In this document: positions 39,875 to 49,608 of the stretch, in pieces
Numbering within the stretch: position 1 is the stretch's first letter
How the letters are laid out: each line of letters begins with the position of its first letter
Origin: Myxococcales bacterium
GTDB taxonomy: Bacteria; Desulfobacterota; Binatia; HRBIN30
Assembly: GCA_037445065.1 (NCBI GenBank)
Contig: JBBILD010000004.1
Span: 32,001-96,000 of the forward strand
Direction of reading: 5' to 3'
DNA: 64,000 bases
Notes under the pieces: model-generated
What the model saw: only the letters and a program-made list of their open reading frames with translations
Told to the model about the DNA's origin: nothing
Databases searched by the model: none
Made by a program: the position numbers and the translations under genes

Positions 39875-40329
39875 GGTTGCCTCGCCGAGACGGAGCCTTT
39901 TAGCCACAGCGTGTTGGTAATGTCCAATGGCCTTTGTGCCCGCGTGCGAGCGCGGGCTTGAGGCGACGCGCTGTTCGGTAGGACAACTATGGCGCACGCC
40001 GCGCCGCGGGGCCACCTCAGGTCAGCCCGATTGGGCGCGGAAGCGCACAGGTGCCGGCGCCCTGTGTGCCCCGCCAAGGGCAGAACCCATTGAGCGGAGA
40101 ACGAGGCGCTCGTGTGCGCGAACCCTGCCGAACGGCAGGCGGGCGGTTGGCGGGAGGAAAATCAAAGTAGAGTGAAGGCGGGGACGCGATCTCGTTGCTG
40201 GTGGTTGTGGGCTCGATCTCGCCGCAGGCGCCAGGGTCCGCAGAGCGGCGCCGGGTTTGCGCCACCACATGCTGCCGGAGGTAGCCCCTGTGTCTGCGCT
40301 CCACGTCAAGTGCCGTGGCCTGTGCCGAG

Positions 40330-40512
40330 GCGTTGATCAGGAAGACCCTGATGATCGCGGAGAAGAAGTTCCGGCGCCTGAACGCGCCGGAGATGTTGAA
40401 GGAAGTCTGGGAAGGCAAGCAGTTCGTCAATCGAGTCGCTGAGAAGAAGGCAAGCAATGTCAGAGGAAGCCTTGCTGCCTGATTTCGTTGACACAACTGT
40501 TGACATGACCTC
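40330..40512 (+). mobile_element. IS256-family remnant (transposase C-terminus + right end)
   Basis: ALIRKTLMIAEKKFRRLNAPEMLKEVWEG...AA* (stop 40480-40482) followed by ACACAACTGTTGACATGACCTC, resembling an IS256 right end. Confidence 0.7.
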
Positions 40513-41028
40513 TCCACGAGGCGTCACGATGCGGATCAAACCGGGGCCGGAGAAAGCCGGAAGCATCCATGGGATATACAGCTGTTCGACTGCTCGCCGC
40601 CGAGACCAGGAGAACCTGAATGTCGCAGCTAGAGGAGGCGACGGGCGCAGCGATTGAGAGCCCCGCAGCTTTTCTAGCACTCGCTCTCTCGGTGCTCGCA
40701 CCCATCGTCCGCAGAATCGCCGACCCCAAAGACCATCCAGGCGCAAGGGAGGTGAGCTGTTTAACCCGACCGACGTCGGCACTCAGCGCCCCGCCAGGCG
40801 AATCGCCGACTCCCGCGTCGTAAGCACGACGGCCTTTCTGTGGTATGAGCACGGAAGGCGCGGGTACCACCAGCACCTGGCTCGCTTTAGCGCTCTTGAC
40901 CCCAGGCGCGTAACCGATTCCTTCGTGTTCGTCGACACACGCCACACCACGCTCGCATAGCGAGTCCGCGACGAGGACTGTCTCAAGCGACACCGTGCCA
41001 GGTCCACTGAACTCTGAACACGTCCCTC

Positions 41029-41115
41029 GCTGAACACCATGAAGCCGTGGATGCCCACCGCCTCCCGAGTCGAGTCGCGCCGCGTCGCAGCCGCCCCTGA
41101 TCATGACCGTTAGCT
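41029..41115 (+). other. Degenerate attC-like site
   Basis: GCTGAAC...CATGA at the 5' side; CCTGATCATGACC-GTTAGCT (41109-41115) at the 3' side; 5' half weak. Confidence 0.45.
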
Positions 41116-41152
41116 GGACAGAATCACCGATGAGCCCGAGGATCGGCGGAAG

Positions 41153-41554
41153 CTATCGCTCGCGGAGCAGGCTCGAGAAGCCGCGCGGGTCTACGACGGG
41201 AAACGGTGCGTTGGAACCCAATTTCAGCAGGTCACGATCGCACGTCACCAAAACGTTGGCCTCAGCGGATGCGGCAGAAGCGAGCACCCACCCGTCGTCG
41301 GGATCTCGAACCACGATGTCCGCGGCCTTCTCAGGCTTGGGCACGACTTCATGCTCACGCAACAGGTCCTCGATCGCATCGATCGTCTTGGTCGGGAGCT
41401 TGATCCGGGTCCGAAGAACGCGCCGGAGTTCCTTCTGGACGACCTCTCCGGGTACCAGCGTGTGCTCGGCCAGGACGTGCCGAAACACATCGGCACAGAA
41501 GCCCCGGGTGGCCAAGGCGCTCACGAGGACATTCGTGTCCAGGAACACCCTCAC
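41153..41554 (-). CDS. PIN-domain toxin (TIGR00305-like)
   Basis: VFLDTNVLVSA, RDPDDGWVL, LVTCDRDLL. Confidence 0.92.
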   Translation of the reverse strand: MRVFLDTNVLVSALATRGFCADVFRHVLAEHTLVPGEVVQKELRRVLRTRIKLPTKTIDAIEDLLREHEVVPKPEKAADIVVRDPDDGWVLASAASAEANVLVTCDRDLLKLGSNAPFPVVDPRGFSSLLRER

Positions 41555-41769
41555 GAGACGTCTTGAGTCACGTCCTCATCGGTGAGGTATCCGCGGGCTT
41601 CTGCAAAAGGTAGGACCTGACGGCGCAGCTGTTCGAAGCGGAGGAGACTCAGTGAACGGCGCAGGGCTCGCCGCACGAGGTCGCTTTTGGTGCGGCCGGT
41701 TTGACGACAGAGCTGGTCGAGGAGTTTCTCCGTTTCAGGGTCCAAGCGAATGGTGACGACTTTGCGCAT
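41551..41769 (-). CDS. Ribbon-helix-helix (CopG-like) antitoxin
   Basis: VTIRLD, TKSDLVRRAL, GYLTDEDV; GTGA overlap with toxin. Confidence 0.9.
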   Translation of the reverse strand: MRKVVTIRLDPETEKLLDQLCRQTGRTKSDLVRRALRRSLSLLRFEQLRRQVLPFAEARGYLTDEDVTQDVS

Positions 41770-41809
41770 GGATTACCGCGGACTACGCTCAGGCTCGAGT
41801 CGCAAGTGC

Positions 41810-41906
41810 CGGCGAACCACCGGATTCAGGCGACGGCGGGCCGGCGCGAAGCTGCTGGAAGTCGCGTCGGGAGCTCGCCGGCCGGGCCTCGTGCGGAGCG
41901 TTAGGA
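41810..41906 (+). other. attC-like integron recombination site
   Basis: CGGCGAAC-CACCG-GATTCAG...imperfect palindrome...GCGGAGC-GTTAGGA, about 97 bp. Confidence 0.6.
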
Positions 41907-42149
41907 AGTCGCCGGCGAACAGTCGTACTTGGTTCAGGTGGAGATGATGCTTCCCTATGTGATCACAGCGACCCTCTGCCTCGCACGGTTCGCAGTTGTG
42001 GCGACAGCGATCTGGGCCCGATCCCGCATTATGGGTCGTGCGGCTGGATATCTAACGAGCCGGATCGTGTCGACGCGGCGGTACACTGGTTGGGACGCGG
42101 GTCTTGTGTTCTGCTCTTTGTCGGACTCGTTGTCGCGTTCGCGGGATAC

Positions 42150-42804
42150 GCAATTGCCAGTCCTCCTTGGGAACCTTCCTCCCCTTACGCTTCTGATCCA
42201 TGCGCCGAAGATCGTCGTCGCTCGGCTTCTCGATTCCCGCTTCTTTGGCGAGCTTCAAGAGGTACTGCCGCCAGGTCTTCTGCGAGACCTTGTGCACCAT
42301 GGATTCCATCGCCGCATTTGCCTCGAGCATCGTGGAGTCCACGGGCAGGGTCTTTCCCCGCAGGATGTCCTCCGCCCCCGGCGTGATCTCCAGCACCATC
42401 TGAAACCCTTGCACGAACACCGTCAGGGGCAGACGTCCCCGGACGTAGGTCCTGCCCGAGTGATCTGGAGCATCGCGGGCAGTTGCCAGTCCCAGAAACT
42501 CTCGCGCCGACAGGCTCTCTGAACTCTTCCATGCGATCGCCCTCTGGGGACGACAGCCCTGCGAAGAAGCCCACGAACAGCATGCGAAAATATACACCCG
42601 ACGGGATACCCGGTCGGCCGAGATCGTCGGCATCGTACGGCTCACACAGGGCCTCGATCCGGCGGTCAACGTCCGCATCGGCCAGAAGCACGTTCCGCTT
42701 GCTGTAAAACACGTGCGCACGGGATGGTGGCAGATCTTTCGCCCCCACGAACAACTCGGTCTGCCACAACATCCGGGCGGTGGGTGAGGTGTTGTAACAG
42801 GCTG
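42150..42804 (-). pseudogene. Frameshifted, truncated IS1182/IS5-like transposase
   Basis: GRPGIPSGVYFRML in one frame; REFLGL..PDHS, VDSTMLEANAAM, YLLKLAKEAGIEKP, DLRRMDQKRK in another. Confidence 0.8.
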
Positions 42805-42866
42805 GCCGGGCACTCGGTGCGGAACGTGCCTGACGAACGGCAAGAGAGTCTTGCCGCTGTGCCTGA

Positions 42867-44666
42867 GTGAGAGTAAGCGAACCGCCGATGTCGTGGCGCT
42901 TGTTCTGGGATGACGTGCGCAAGCTGGGCCCGTTCCTCCGCTTTGGTTCCGCACTGCGGCGTTGCGGGCCGGATGGCAGGGAAACGCTCGGCACGTTGGC
43001 GCGAGAGCAAGCTGCGCGCCTGGGAGAGAAGCCGTTTTTGCACTTCGAGCGCGAGACGGTGAGCTTTGCCGGCTACAACGCGCAGGTAAACTGCTGGACC
43101 TCGGTGCTGCGCACCGCAGGTGTGCTGCAACACGAGCCGGTGGCCATCATGATGGAAAACAGCCCTGCCTTCCTTTTTGCGCAGGGCGCCGCCGCCAAGC
43201 GCGGTGCGATCGCGGCGCTCATCAACACGCATTTGCGCGGCCAGCCGCTCGAACACGTATTGCGCGCCTCCGGGGCTCGGCATGTGCTGACCGACGAGGC
43301 GTGCCTGCCGGCGCTGGTCGAACTGCCCGGAGCCGCCGCCTTCACGGTGTGGTCCTTGGGCGACCCTGCCACACTGCCCCCGCATGTCGAGCCGCTCGAG
43401 CAGGCGGTAGCACAAGCCGAAGAGAAGGAACCGGATCTTCCCGATGTGCGCGGCCGTGATGTGTTCTTGTACATTTACACGTCTGGCACCACTGGTCTGC
43501 CGAAAGCAGCGATTATTCGTCACGCTCGATTCATGCTCGCGGGGCTGGGCCTCTCGGCGTTGTTGGGCTTGCGGGCGGACGACGTGATTTACGCACCGCT
43601 GCCCCTGTACCACGGCGAGAGCAACTTTGTTGGCTTCAGCGTGGCTGCCCGCTTGGGTGGCGGGTTTGCCTCGCGCCGGCGTTTTAGCGCTAGCGCCTTT
43701 CTTGCCGACGTGCGCCGGCACGGGGCCACCGCCTTTGTATATGTGGGTGAGCTGTGCCGGTACCTCTTGCGCCAGCCGCCCACGCCGCAGGATCGCGAGC
43801 ACCGCTTGCGCTTGGCAGTGGGAGCAGGGCTGCGGGCCGACATTTGGGTCCAGTTCCAGGAGCGGTTCGGAATCCAGCGGATCGTGGAGATGTACGGCGC
43901 CACCGAAGGAAACATCAGCCTCATCAATCTGGAGGGGAAAGTCGGTTCGGTGGGGCGCGCCCACCCGTTTCAGCACCACAACCTCAAGCTGGCCCGTTAC
44001 GATGTGGTGCAAGGCGACCTGGTGCGGCAGCCCAGCGGGCGACTGATCGAATGCGAAGTAGGCGAGGTGGGCGAGTTGCTCGGGCGGATTTCCAAGCGGA
44101 ATATGATGCCGTACGATGGCTACACCGACCGCGAGGCGACCGCCAAAAAAATCGTGCGCAACGCCTTTGCCACGGGCGATGCTTGGTTTCGTAGCGGCGA
44201 CCTGCTGCGCCGCGACGAGGATTATTTCTACTACTTCGTTGATCGGGTGGGCGATACCTTTCGCTGGAAGGGGGAGAACGTTTCGACCCAGGAAGTTTCG
44301 ATGGTGCTGGATCGCACGCCCGGGGTGAGCGAGTCCAACGTGTACGGTGTTCCGATTCCGGGGCGTGAAGGCCGTGCCGGCATGGCGGCGTTGGTTCTGT
44401 ATCCGGGCGCGGAGTTCGACGGGCGGGAGTTGTACCGCGTGGCGGAGGAGCTGCCGACGTACGCGCGTCCGCTGTTCGTGCGGATCGTGGCGGAGATGGA
44501 TGTCACCGGTACTCTCAAACAGCGCAAGCTCGAACTGCAGCGCCAAGGCTACGATCCGAGCGCCATTTCGGATCCTCTGTACGTGCGCGACGATGAAGCC
44601 CGTGCTTACGTGCCGCTGACGCCCGAGACCTACCGCCAGATCGTGGCTGGCGAGCGCAAACTCTAA
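42867..44666 (+). CDS. Long-chain acyl-CoA synthetase (FATP/FadD6-like)
   Basis: YIYTSGTTGLPKAA, YVGELCRY, YGATEGN, DRVGDTFRWKGENVST, EGRAGMA; start may be ATG 42888. Confidence 0.93.
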   Translation: MRVSEPPMSWRLFWDDVRKLGPFLRFGSALRRCGPDGRETLGTLAREQAARLGEKPFLHFERETVSFAGYNAQVNCWTSVLRTAGVLQHEPVAIMMENSPAFLFAQGAAAKRGAIAALINTHLRGQPLEHVLRASGARHVLTDEACLPALVELPGAAAFTVWSLGDPATLPPHVEPLEQAVAQAEEKEPDLPDVRGRDVFLYIYTSGTTGLPKAAIIRHARFMLAGLGLSALLGLRADDVIYAPLPLYHGESNFVGFSVAARLGGGFASRRRFSASAFLADVRRHGATAFVYVGELCRYLLRQPPTPQDREHRLRLAVGAGLRADIWVQFQERFGIQRIVEMYGATEGNISLINLEGKVGSVGRAHPFQHHNLKLARYDVVQGDLVRQPSGRLIECEVGEVGELLGRISKRNMMPYDGYTDREATAKKIVRNAFATGDAWFRSGDLLRRDEDYFYYFVDRVGDTFRWKGENVSTQEVSMVLDRTPGVSESNVYGVPIPGREGRAGMAALVLYPGAEFDGRELYRVAEELPTYARPLFVRIVAEMDVTGTLKQRKLELQRQGYDPSAISDPLYVRDDEARAYVPLTPETYRQIVAGERKL

Positions 44667-44785
44667 AGCGTGCCCGCGCCACCTTGCCGATCTGCGCCGG
44701 ATACGGGCGGCTTGCATCTGGGTTCTCCCGGAGCATTGCCCGCACGGAGTCCACGGGCTAGCGTGGCGCAAGCGGAGGACTGGCT

Positions 44786-45061
44786 ATGAAGGTCATTTTG
44801 GGTGCCCTCATTGCGATGTGCCTGCTCGTAACCCCGCTCGACGTGCGCGCCGAGGAAGGGGGTGCGGGCCAACCGGTAGTGCCCGCGCAAGAGAGTGGCG
44901 CAACTGGGGCTGAGAACATGCAAGGTTGCATGCCGGGTGGCGGTTGCTGCGGGGCGTGCCAGGCCGTGCAAGCAGAAGCCAAAAAGGCTGAGGGAGAGGC
45001 GCAGCCGGCTCAGGCGGTGGGCGGTTGCCCGTGCGGGCGAAAGCAAGAAAAAACCATGTGA
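44786..45061 (+). CDS. Small secreted Cys-rich protein
   Basis: GGAGGA RBS; signal peptide; CMPGGGCCGAC and GGCPCG. Confidence 0.7.
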   Translation: MKVILGALIAMCLLVTPLDVRAEEGGAGQPVVPAQESGATGAENMQGCMPGGGCCGACQAVQAEAKKAEGEAQPAQAVGGCPCGRKQEKTM

Positions 45062-45077
45062 CACTGCTGGCAGTGGT

Positions 45078-46133
45078 TCACCACGGGCGCGGCAAGAAGC
45101 GCTCCCAGGGTTGCGGCGTGGATCGCGGCGCCGTGACCGTGGCCGGCGCCGGCAGGGCGTGAACGCGGAGTGTGCCACCCGCGCTCTCTGTGCTCGGCAG
45201 CTCGAACGCGGGGAGCACGAGCGAAGGTTCGACCAAATCGGAAAAGCGTTTGATCTGCCAGAAACGCAGCCACCACTCGTCTGCGCTCCACAACCCGCGC
45301 GGCTCGGCTGCGGTACGGAAGATAGAAAAGAGTGGAACGACATCCCCCGCCCAAACTGCAGGCTGGCGGGGTAGGCGCACCAACGCGGCAAGCGTTCCGG
45401 GGGTCGGGCCCCTGGCCTCCGCGAGGATCAACGACCCGTCGCCGAAGAGGTCAATGGCCATGGGGAACGTCGCCACCGGCTTGCCTGCCGAGAAATCTAC
45501 CCACTGCCAGTTCGTGACTTGCCGTAGGACTTCCGCGGCATAGCCTGGCCGCTCTCGCTGCAAGGCAAAGTCGAACTCGGCACGCGAGGCAACCACACGC
45601 GCCTGGGGGAACGAGGTCAAGTAGCCGGTGCGAACCGCTCGAAGGTTGGTCTGCACGATCCACCGTACTGCTTGGGGGCGAATTCCTGCTTTTTGCAACT
45701 GCTGGAGGAGCGGCTCCGCAACACTCACGCGGATCGGCGGGGCTTCGAGCAAAGGCAGCACTTGCGGCCAGATTCGTTCTTGCGGCGTGGCCTCGCTCAC
45801 GCCACTGTCCAGCAAAATCACGCCCTCGCGGGGATGCTGCAGCGCGAGCACCACAGCGGCAAGCGCCCGCGAGCGGGTGATGTGGCCCCCGTGCACCACC
45901 AGAGCCTCGGGGACCTCGAGGTGTGCGGTGACGAATGCGTGCGCGTGTAGCCCGGGGACCCCACGGTACGGTTGCGGCCAGTTATGCAGGGTGGGGGGGA
46001 TGTACGGTAAGCGGCGCGGCGGTGGTTCGCAGGCGGCAGCACTGCAGAGGGCGAGGAGCAGGCCGGCACAACAGGACGCGCGAACCCGCTGATCTAGGTT
46101 CCAGCCCCGTTGCTGCCAGCCGCGCGCAGACAT
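45078..46133 (-). CDS. Metallo-beta-lactamase-fold (AHL-lactonase-like) lipoprotein with degenerate metal site
   Basis: HPREGVILLDSG, DLFGDGSL, AGD; HxHxDH replaced by NLRAVR. Confidence 0.7.
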   Translation of the reverse strand: MSARGWQQRGWNLDQRVRASCCAGLLLALCSAAACEPPPRRLPYIPPTLHNWPQPYRGVPGLHAHAFVTAHLEVPEALVVHGGHITRSRALAAVVLALQHPREGVILLDSGVSEATPQERIWPQVLPLLEAPPIRVSVAEPLLQQLQKAGIRPQAVRWIVQTNLRAVRTGYLTSFPQARVVASRAEFDFALQRERPGYAAEVLRQVTNWQWVDFSAGKPVATFPMAIDLFGDGSLILAEARGPTPGTLAALVRLPRQPAVWAGDVVPLFSIFRTAAEPRGLWSADEWWLRFWQIKRFSDLVEPSLVLPAFELPSTESAGGTLRVHALPAPATVTAPRSTPQPWERFLPRPW

Positions 46134-46139
46134 GCGCGA

Positions 46140-46826
46140 TCAAACGGCCCCTGATTTCGAGGCGTGGGGTTGTGCGCGTAGCGGCCGTAGCCATTCTTCG
46201 AAACGGTCCGCGGTGAGCTGGTCGAGATGGGCCAGGAACGCCACGTTTGGCGGGAACGAGCACAACCGTGTGAACTCGTTCGGAATCGCGACCACTGCCA
46301 AGCCATTGGCGCGTGCGGCTCGCACACCGCGCGGTGAGTCCTCGACCACCAGCACCTCCGCCGGCGCAAGCCCGAGTCGCTCGAGTGCCACGCGATACGC
46401 GTCCGGTGCAGGTTTGGCACGCGGGTAATCCTCCCGTGCCACCAGTGCAGAGAAAAACGGGCGCAGCTCGAATCGTTCGACGATGTAGTCTACGTCCTCG
46501 CGAGCGGAATTGGTCGCCAAGCCGAGCTTGGCCACGGCTGCGAGTCCTTCGAGCGCCTTGCGCGCACCCGGCATGAGTCGGGCCTCGCGCAGGAGCAGCT
46601 CGCGGTAAAGCGGAGCCTTGGCGGCACGTAGCTCCGCGGGCGAAAGCGGCAAGCGGTAGCGCTCGACGGCGTATTCGGGCCCGTGTCCGGCGCAAATCCA
46701 GTGTTCGGCGTACTCTTGGCGGCCAACGCTCACGCCGTAGCGAGCGAGCACGGTGTTGTATGCCCGGTAGTGGAGTGCTTCCGAATCGAGCAAGACACCG
46801 TCGAGGTCGAAGACAACGCCGGGCAT
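46140..46826 (-). CDS. HAD-IA family phosphatase
   Basis: FDLDGVLLDSE, KPAPD, VEDSPRG. Confidence 0.9.
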   Translation of the reverse strand: MPGVVFDLDGVLLDSEALHYRAYNTVLARYGVSVGRQEYAEHWICAGHGPEYAVERYRLPLSPAELRAAKAPLYRELLLREARLMPGARKALEGLAAVAKLGLATNSAREDVDYIVERFELRPFFSALVAREDYPRAKPAPDAYRVALERLGLAPAEVLVVEDSPRGVRAARANGLAVVAIPNEFTRLCSFPPNVAFLAHLDQLTADRFEEWLRPLRAQPHASKSGAV

Positions 46827-46845
46827 AGCGTGCGACCGTGCTGCG

Positions 46846-47424
46846 CTAGCGCTCGACCACGCGCACGGATTCGATCACAACGGCTTCTTTGGGCACCGCT
46901 TCGTGCATGCCCACGCGCTGGGTGGGGACCTGGGCAATCTTCAACACGACGTCCATTCCGTCCACCACTTTGCCGAACACCGCGTAGCCGTAGCCCTGCG
47001 GGGTTTCGTCGCGATGATCGAGAAACGCGTTGTCCACGACGTTGATGAAAAATTGCGAGGTGGCACTGTCCACCACCGCAGTCCGGGCCATCGCGATAGT
47101 GCCTTTGAGATTCTTGAGTCCGTTTTTCGCTTCGTTGCGCACCGGCGGTTTGGTGGGTTTCGGCTTCAGGTCCTTGTCGTATCCCCCGCCTTGGATCATG
47201 AAATTGGGGATCACGCGATGGAACACGGTACCGTCGTAAAACTTGTCGTTCACGTAGGAGAGAAAATTCTTCACAGTCTCGGGAGCTTGGTCGTCGAACA
47301 GTTCGATCTTGATCTCGCCGAGCGAGGTTTTCATGAGCACCATCGTATGTTTCCCTTCCGCGGCCATTCCACTGGCGGGAAGGACGAGCCATGCAAGCCA
47401 AAACACCCATCGCCACGCAGACAT
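46846..47424 (-). CDS. ppiA: Periplasmic cyclophilin-type peptidyl-prolyl isomerase
   Basis: FHRVIPNFMIQGGG, GTIAMART, SATSQFFIN, YAVFGKV; signal peptide; GAGGAGG RBS. Confidence 0.93.
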   Translation of the reverse strand: MSAWRWVFWLAWLVLPASGMAAEGKHTMVLMKTSLGEIKIELFDDQAPETVKNFLSYVNDKFYDGTVFHRVIPNFMIQGGGYDKDLKPKPTKPPVRNEAKNGLKNLKGTIAMARTAVVDSATSQFFINVVDNAFLDHRDETPQGYGYAVFGKVVDGMDVVLKIAQVPTQRVGMHEAVPKEAVVIESVRVVER

Positions 47425-47509
47425 CGCGCACTTCCTCCTCTCGAACGGCTGCCGCTCGCACATAGCACGAGACGCGGGGTGAGCAACGCACTGGGGCGGA
47501 GGGAAAGAC

Positions 47510-48463
47510 ATGGCGGAACGGGTGAGTGATCTGGCTGTCGAAGTCCGTGGCCTCACGCGCGTCTTCGACTCCTTCGTGGCGGTGGACCACATTGACCTTT
47601 CCGTAGCGCGTGGCTCGGTTTTTGGTTTCCTCGGACCGAACGGCGCGGGCAAATCCACCACCATCCGCATGTTGTGCGGCATTCTCCAGCCCACCTCAGG
47701 GGAGGGGCGTGTCGGCGGCTTCGACATCGTGCGCGAGAGCGAGCGGCTGAAGAGCCACATCGGCTACATGTCGCAGAAGTTTTCTCTGTACGAGGATCTG
47801 ACGGTTCGAGAAAACCTGGAATTTTTTGCCGGGGTGTATGGTCTGGTTGGTTCGCGCCGGCGGCAGCGCATTTCCTGGGCGCTCGAAATGGCCGGGCTCA
47901 CCGGCCGGGAACAGGCCATGACCCGCGACCTGGCTGCTGGTTGGCGGCAGCGCCTCGCGCTCGGCTGCGCGGTGTTGCACGAGCCCCCGATCTTGTTTCT
48001 GGACGAACCGACTTCCGGTGTGGATCCGCTGTCGCGGCGGCGCTTCTGGGAGATGATCGCCGACTTGGCGGGGCGGGGGGTGACGGTGTTCGTCACCACC
48101 CATTACATGGACGAGGCCGAACACTGCGACCAGCTCGCGCTCATCTTCGCAGGCCGCGTGGTGGCCTGCGGTAGCCCGGCGGAACTCAAGCGCGAGCATG
48201 TGCCGCACGCCATGCTGGAAGTGGCCGTAGAGCCGCTTATGCCAGCGTATGCGCTGCTCAAAGAGGTTCCCGGCGTGCTCGGGGTGGCACTCTTCGGGGA
48301 TCGCCTCCATGTCACGGTCCCCGACCGCACGTTGATGCAGGCGGAACTCAGGCGGGTGCTGGCGGCGCAGCATTTCACGGTACAGAGCATCGAGCCCATC
48401 GAACCAGCTCTGGAAGATGCCTTCGTGGCCATTATCGAAGCGCGCAGCGAGGCTCCGGCATGA
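47510..48463 (+). CDS. ABC-2 type exporter ATPase (YbhF-like)
   Basis: GPNGAGKS, YMSQKFSLY, LDEPTSGVDP, TTHYMDEAE. Confidence 0.92.
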   Translation: MAERVSDLAVEVRGLTRVFDSFVAVDHIDLSVARGSVFGFLGPNGAGKSTTIRMLCGILQPTSGEGRVGGFDIVRESERLKSHIGYMSQKFSLYEDLTVRENLEFFAGVYGLVGSRRRQRISWALEMAGLTGREQAMTRDLAAGWRQRLALGCAVLHEPPILFLDEPTSGVDPLSRRRFWEMIADLAGRGVTVFVTTHYMDEAEHCDQLALIFAGRVVACGSPAELKREHVPHAMLEVAVEPLMPAYALLKEVPGVLGVALFGDRLHVTVPDRTLMQAELRRVLAAQHFTVQSIEPIEPALEDAFVAIIEARSEAPA

Positions 48464-49608
48464 GTGCCTCCCCCCGCAGACGAGTTTCCTGGCGTACCAT
48501 CCGTGCCATCTTGCGGCGCGAGTTCACGGACGTGCTGCGCGACCGGCGCAGTTTGCTGCTCACCTTCTTGTGGCCCATCAGCATGCTTCTCCTGTACGGG
48601 TACGGGATCCGGTACGACGTCAACAACGTCCCCTTGACGGTGCTCGATTACGACCGCAGCGCGGAGAGCCGCTTGCTGGTCGAGCAAATGGTGAGTTCTG
48701 GCTACTTTCGCCTGGTTCGCGCCGTGTCTAGCTATGAGGAGCTTGAACGCGACCTGGTGACCGACGCCAGCCGTGCCGCGGTGGTGATCCCGAGCGATTT
48801 TTCGCGGCGCTTGCGCGCGCGGGAACCGGTAGCCGTGCAGACCCTTGTGGATGGTTCGGACGCGAACACGGCCACCATCGCGCAGAGCTACGTACTAGCC
48901 ATCGTCGGGGGGTTTTCCGCGGGGGTACAAGTAGAAGGCCGGAGGCTCGGAGAAGCCGGACCGCCGATCTCGGTGCGCAGTCGAGTCTGGTACAACCCGG
49001 AACTGGAGAGTGTGAACTTCATCGTTCCGGGCATCATCGCCGTCATCATGATGATCGTGGGCGCGATTCTCACCGCCCTCAGCATCGTGAAAGAAAAGGA
49101 GCGCGGCACGATCGAGCAAATCCTGGTCTCACCCATCCGACCGCTCGAGATGATGATTGGCAAGATCGTTCCCTATGTGATCATCGCGCTGCTGGATCTG
49201 ATGGTCGTGGTGGCGGCGGGGTACGTGATTTTTGGCGTGCCGATTCGCGGCAGTTTACTCCATTTGGGTCTGCTCGCCGTGCTCTACTTGACTGCAGCGC
49301 TCGGCACCGGGGTGTTCGTTTCCACGCTGGCCGACACGATGCAGTCGGCCATGCTGGCCGCCATCTTCATTTCGCTATTGCCTTCGATCCTGCTTTCCGG
49401 CTTCGTGTTTCCCCTCGAGCACATGCCGGTGGGCATTCGCTTCCTGTCGTATTTCTTTCCCGGCCGCTACTTCGTGACGGCCATTCGCGGCGTGTACCTG
49501 AAGGGGGTGGGCTTGGAAGTGCTGTGGCCGGAAGCAGTGATGCTGGCGTTGTTCTCTGCCGGCATCGTGTGGGTGAGTGCGTGGCGGTTCCAGGAAAAGC
49601 TCGGATGA
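48460..49608 (+). CDS. ABC-2 exporter permease (YbhS-like)
   Basis: VDGSD, WYNPEL, EKERGTIEQ, LSGF. Confidence 0.9.
   Translation: MSASPRRRVSWRTIRAILRREFTDVLRDRRSLLLTFLWPISMLLLYGYGIRYDVNNVPLTVLDYDRSAESRLLVEQMVSSGYFRLVRAVSSYEELERDLVTDASRAAVVIPSDFSRRLRAREPVAVQTLVDGSDANTATIAQSYVLAIVGGFSAGVQVEGRRLGEAGPPISVRSRVWYNPELESVNFIVPGIIAVIMMIVGAILTALSIVKEKERGTIEQILVSPIRPLEMMIGKIVPYVIIALLDLMVVVAAGYVIFGVPIRGSLLHLGLLAVLYLTAALGTGVFVSTLADTMQSAMLAAIFISLLPSILLSGFVFPLEHMPVGIRFLSYFFPGRYFVTAIRGVYLKGVGLEVLWPEAVMLALFSAGIVWVSAWRFQEKLG

Noticed and set aside
40560..41030. Short ORFs next to the IS256 remnant
   Set aside because: No recognisable family; probably decayed DNA
42666..44771. 701-aa minus-strand ORF (and similar long antisense ORFs over recN, leuA and the ABC genes)
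   Set aside because: Antisense shadows of well-supported genes in high-GC DNA
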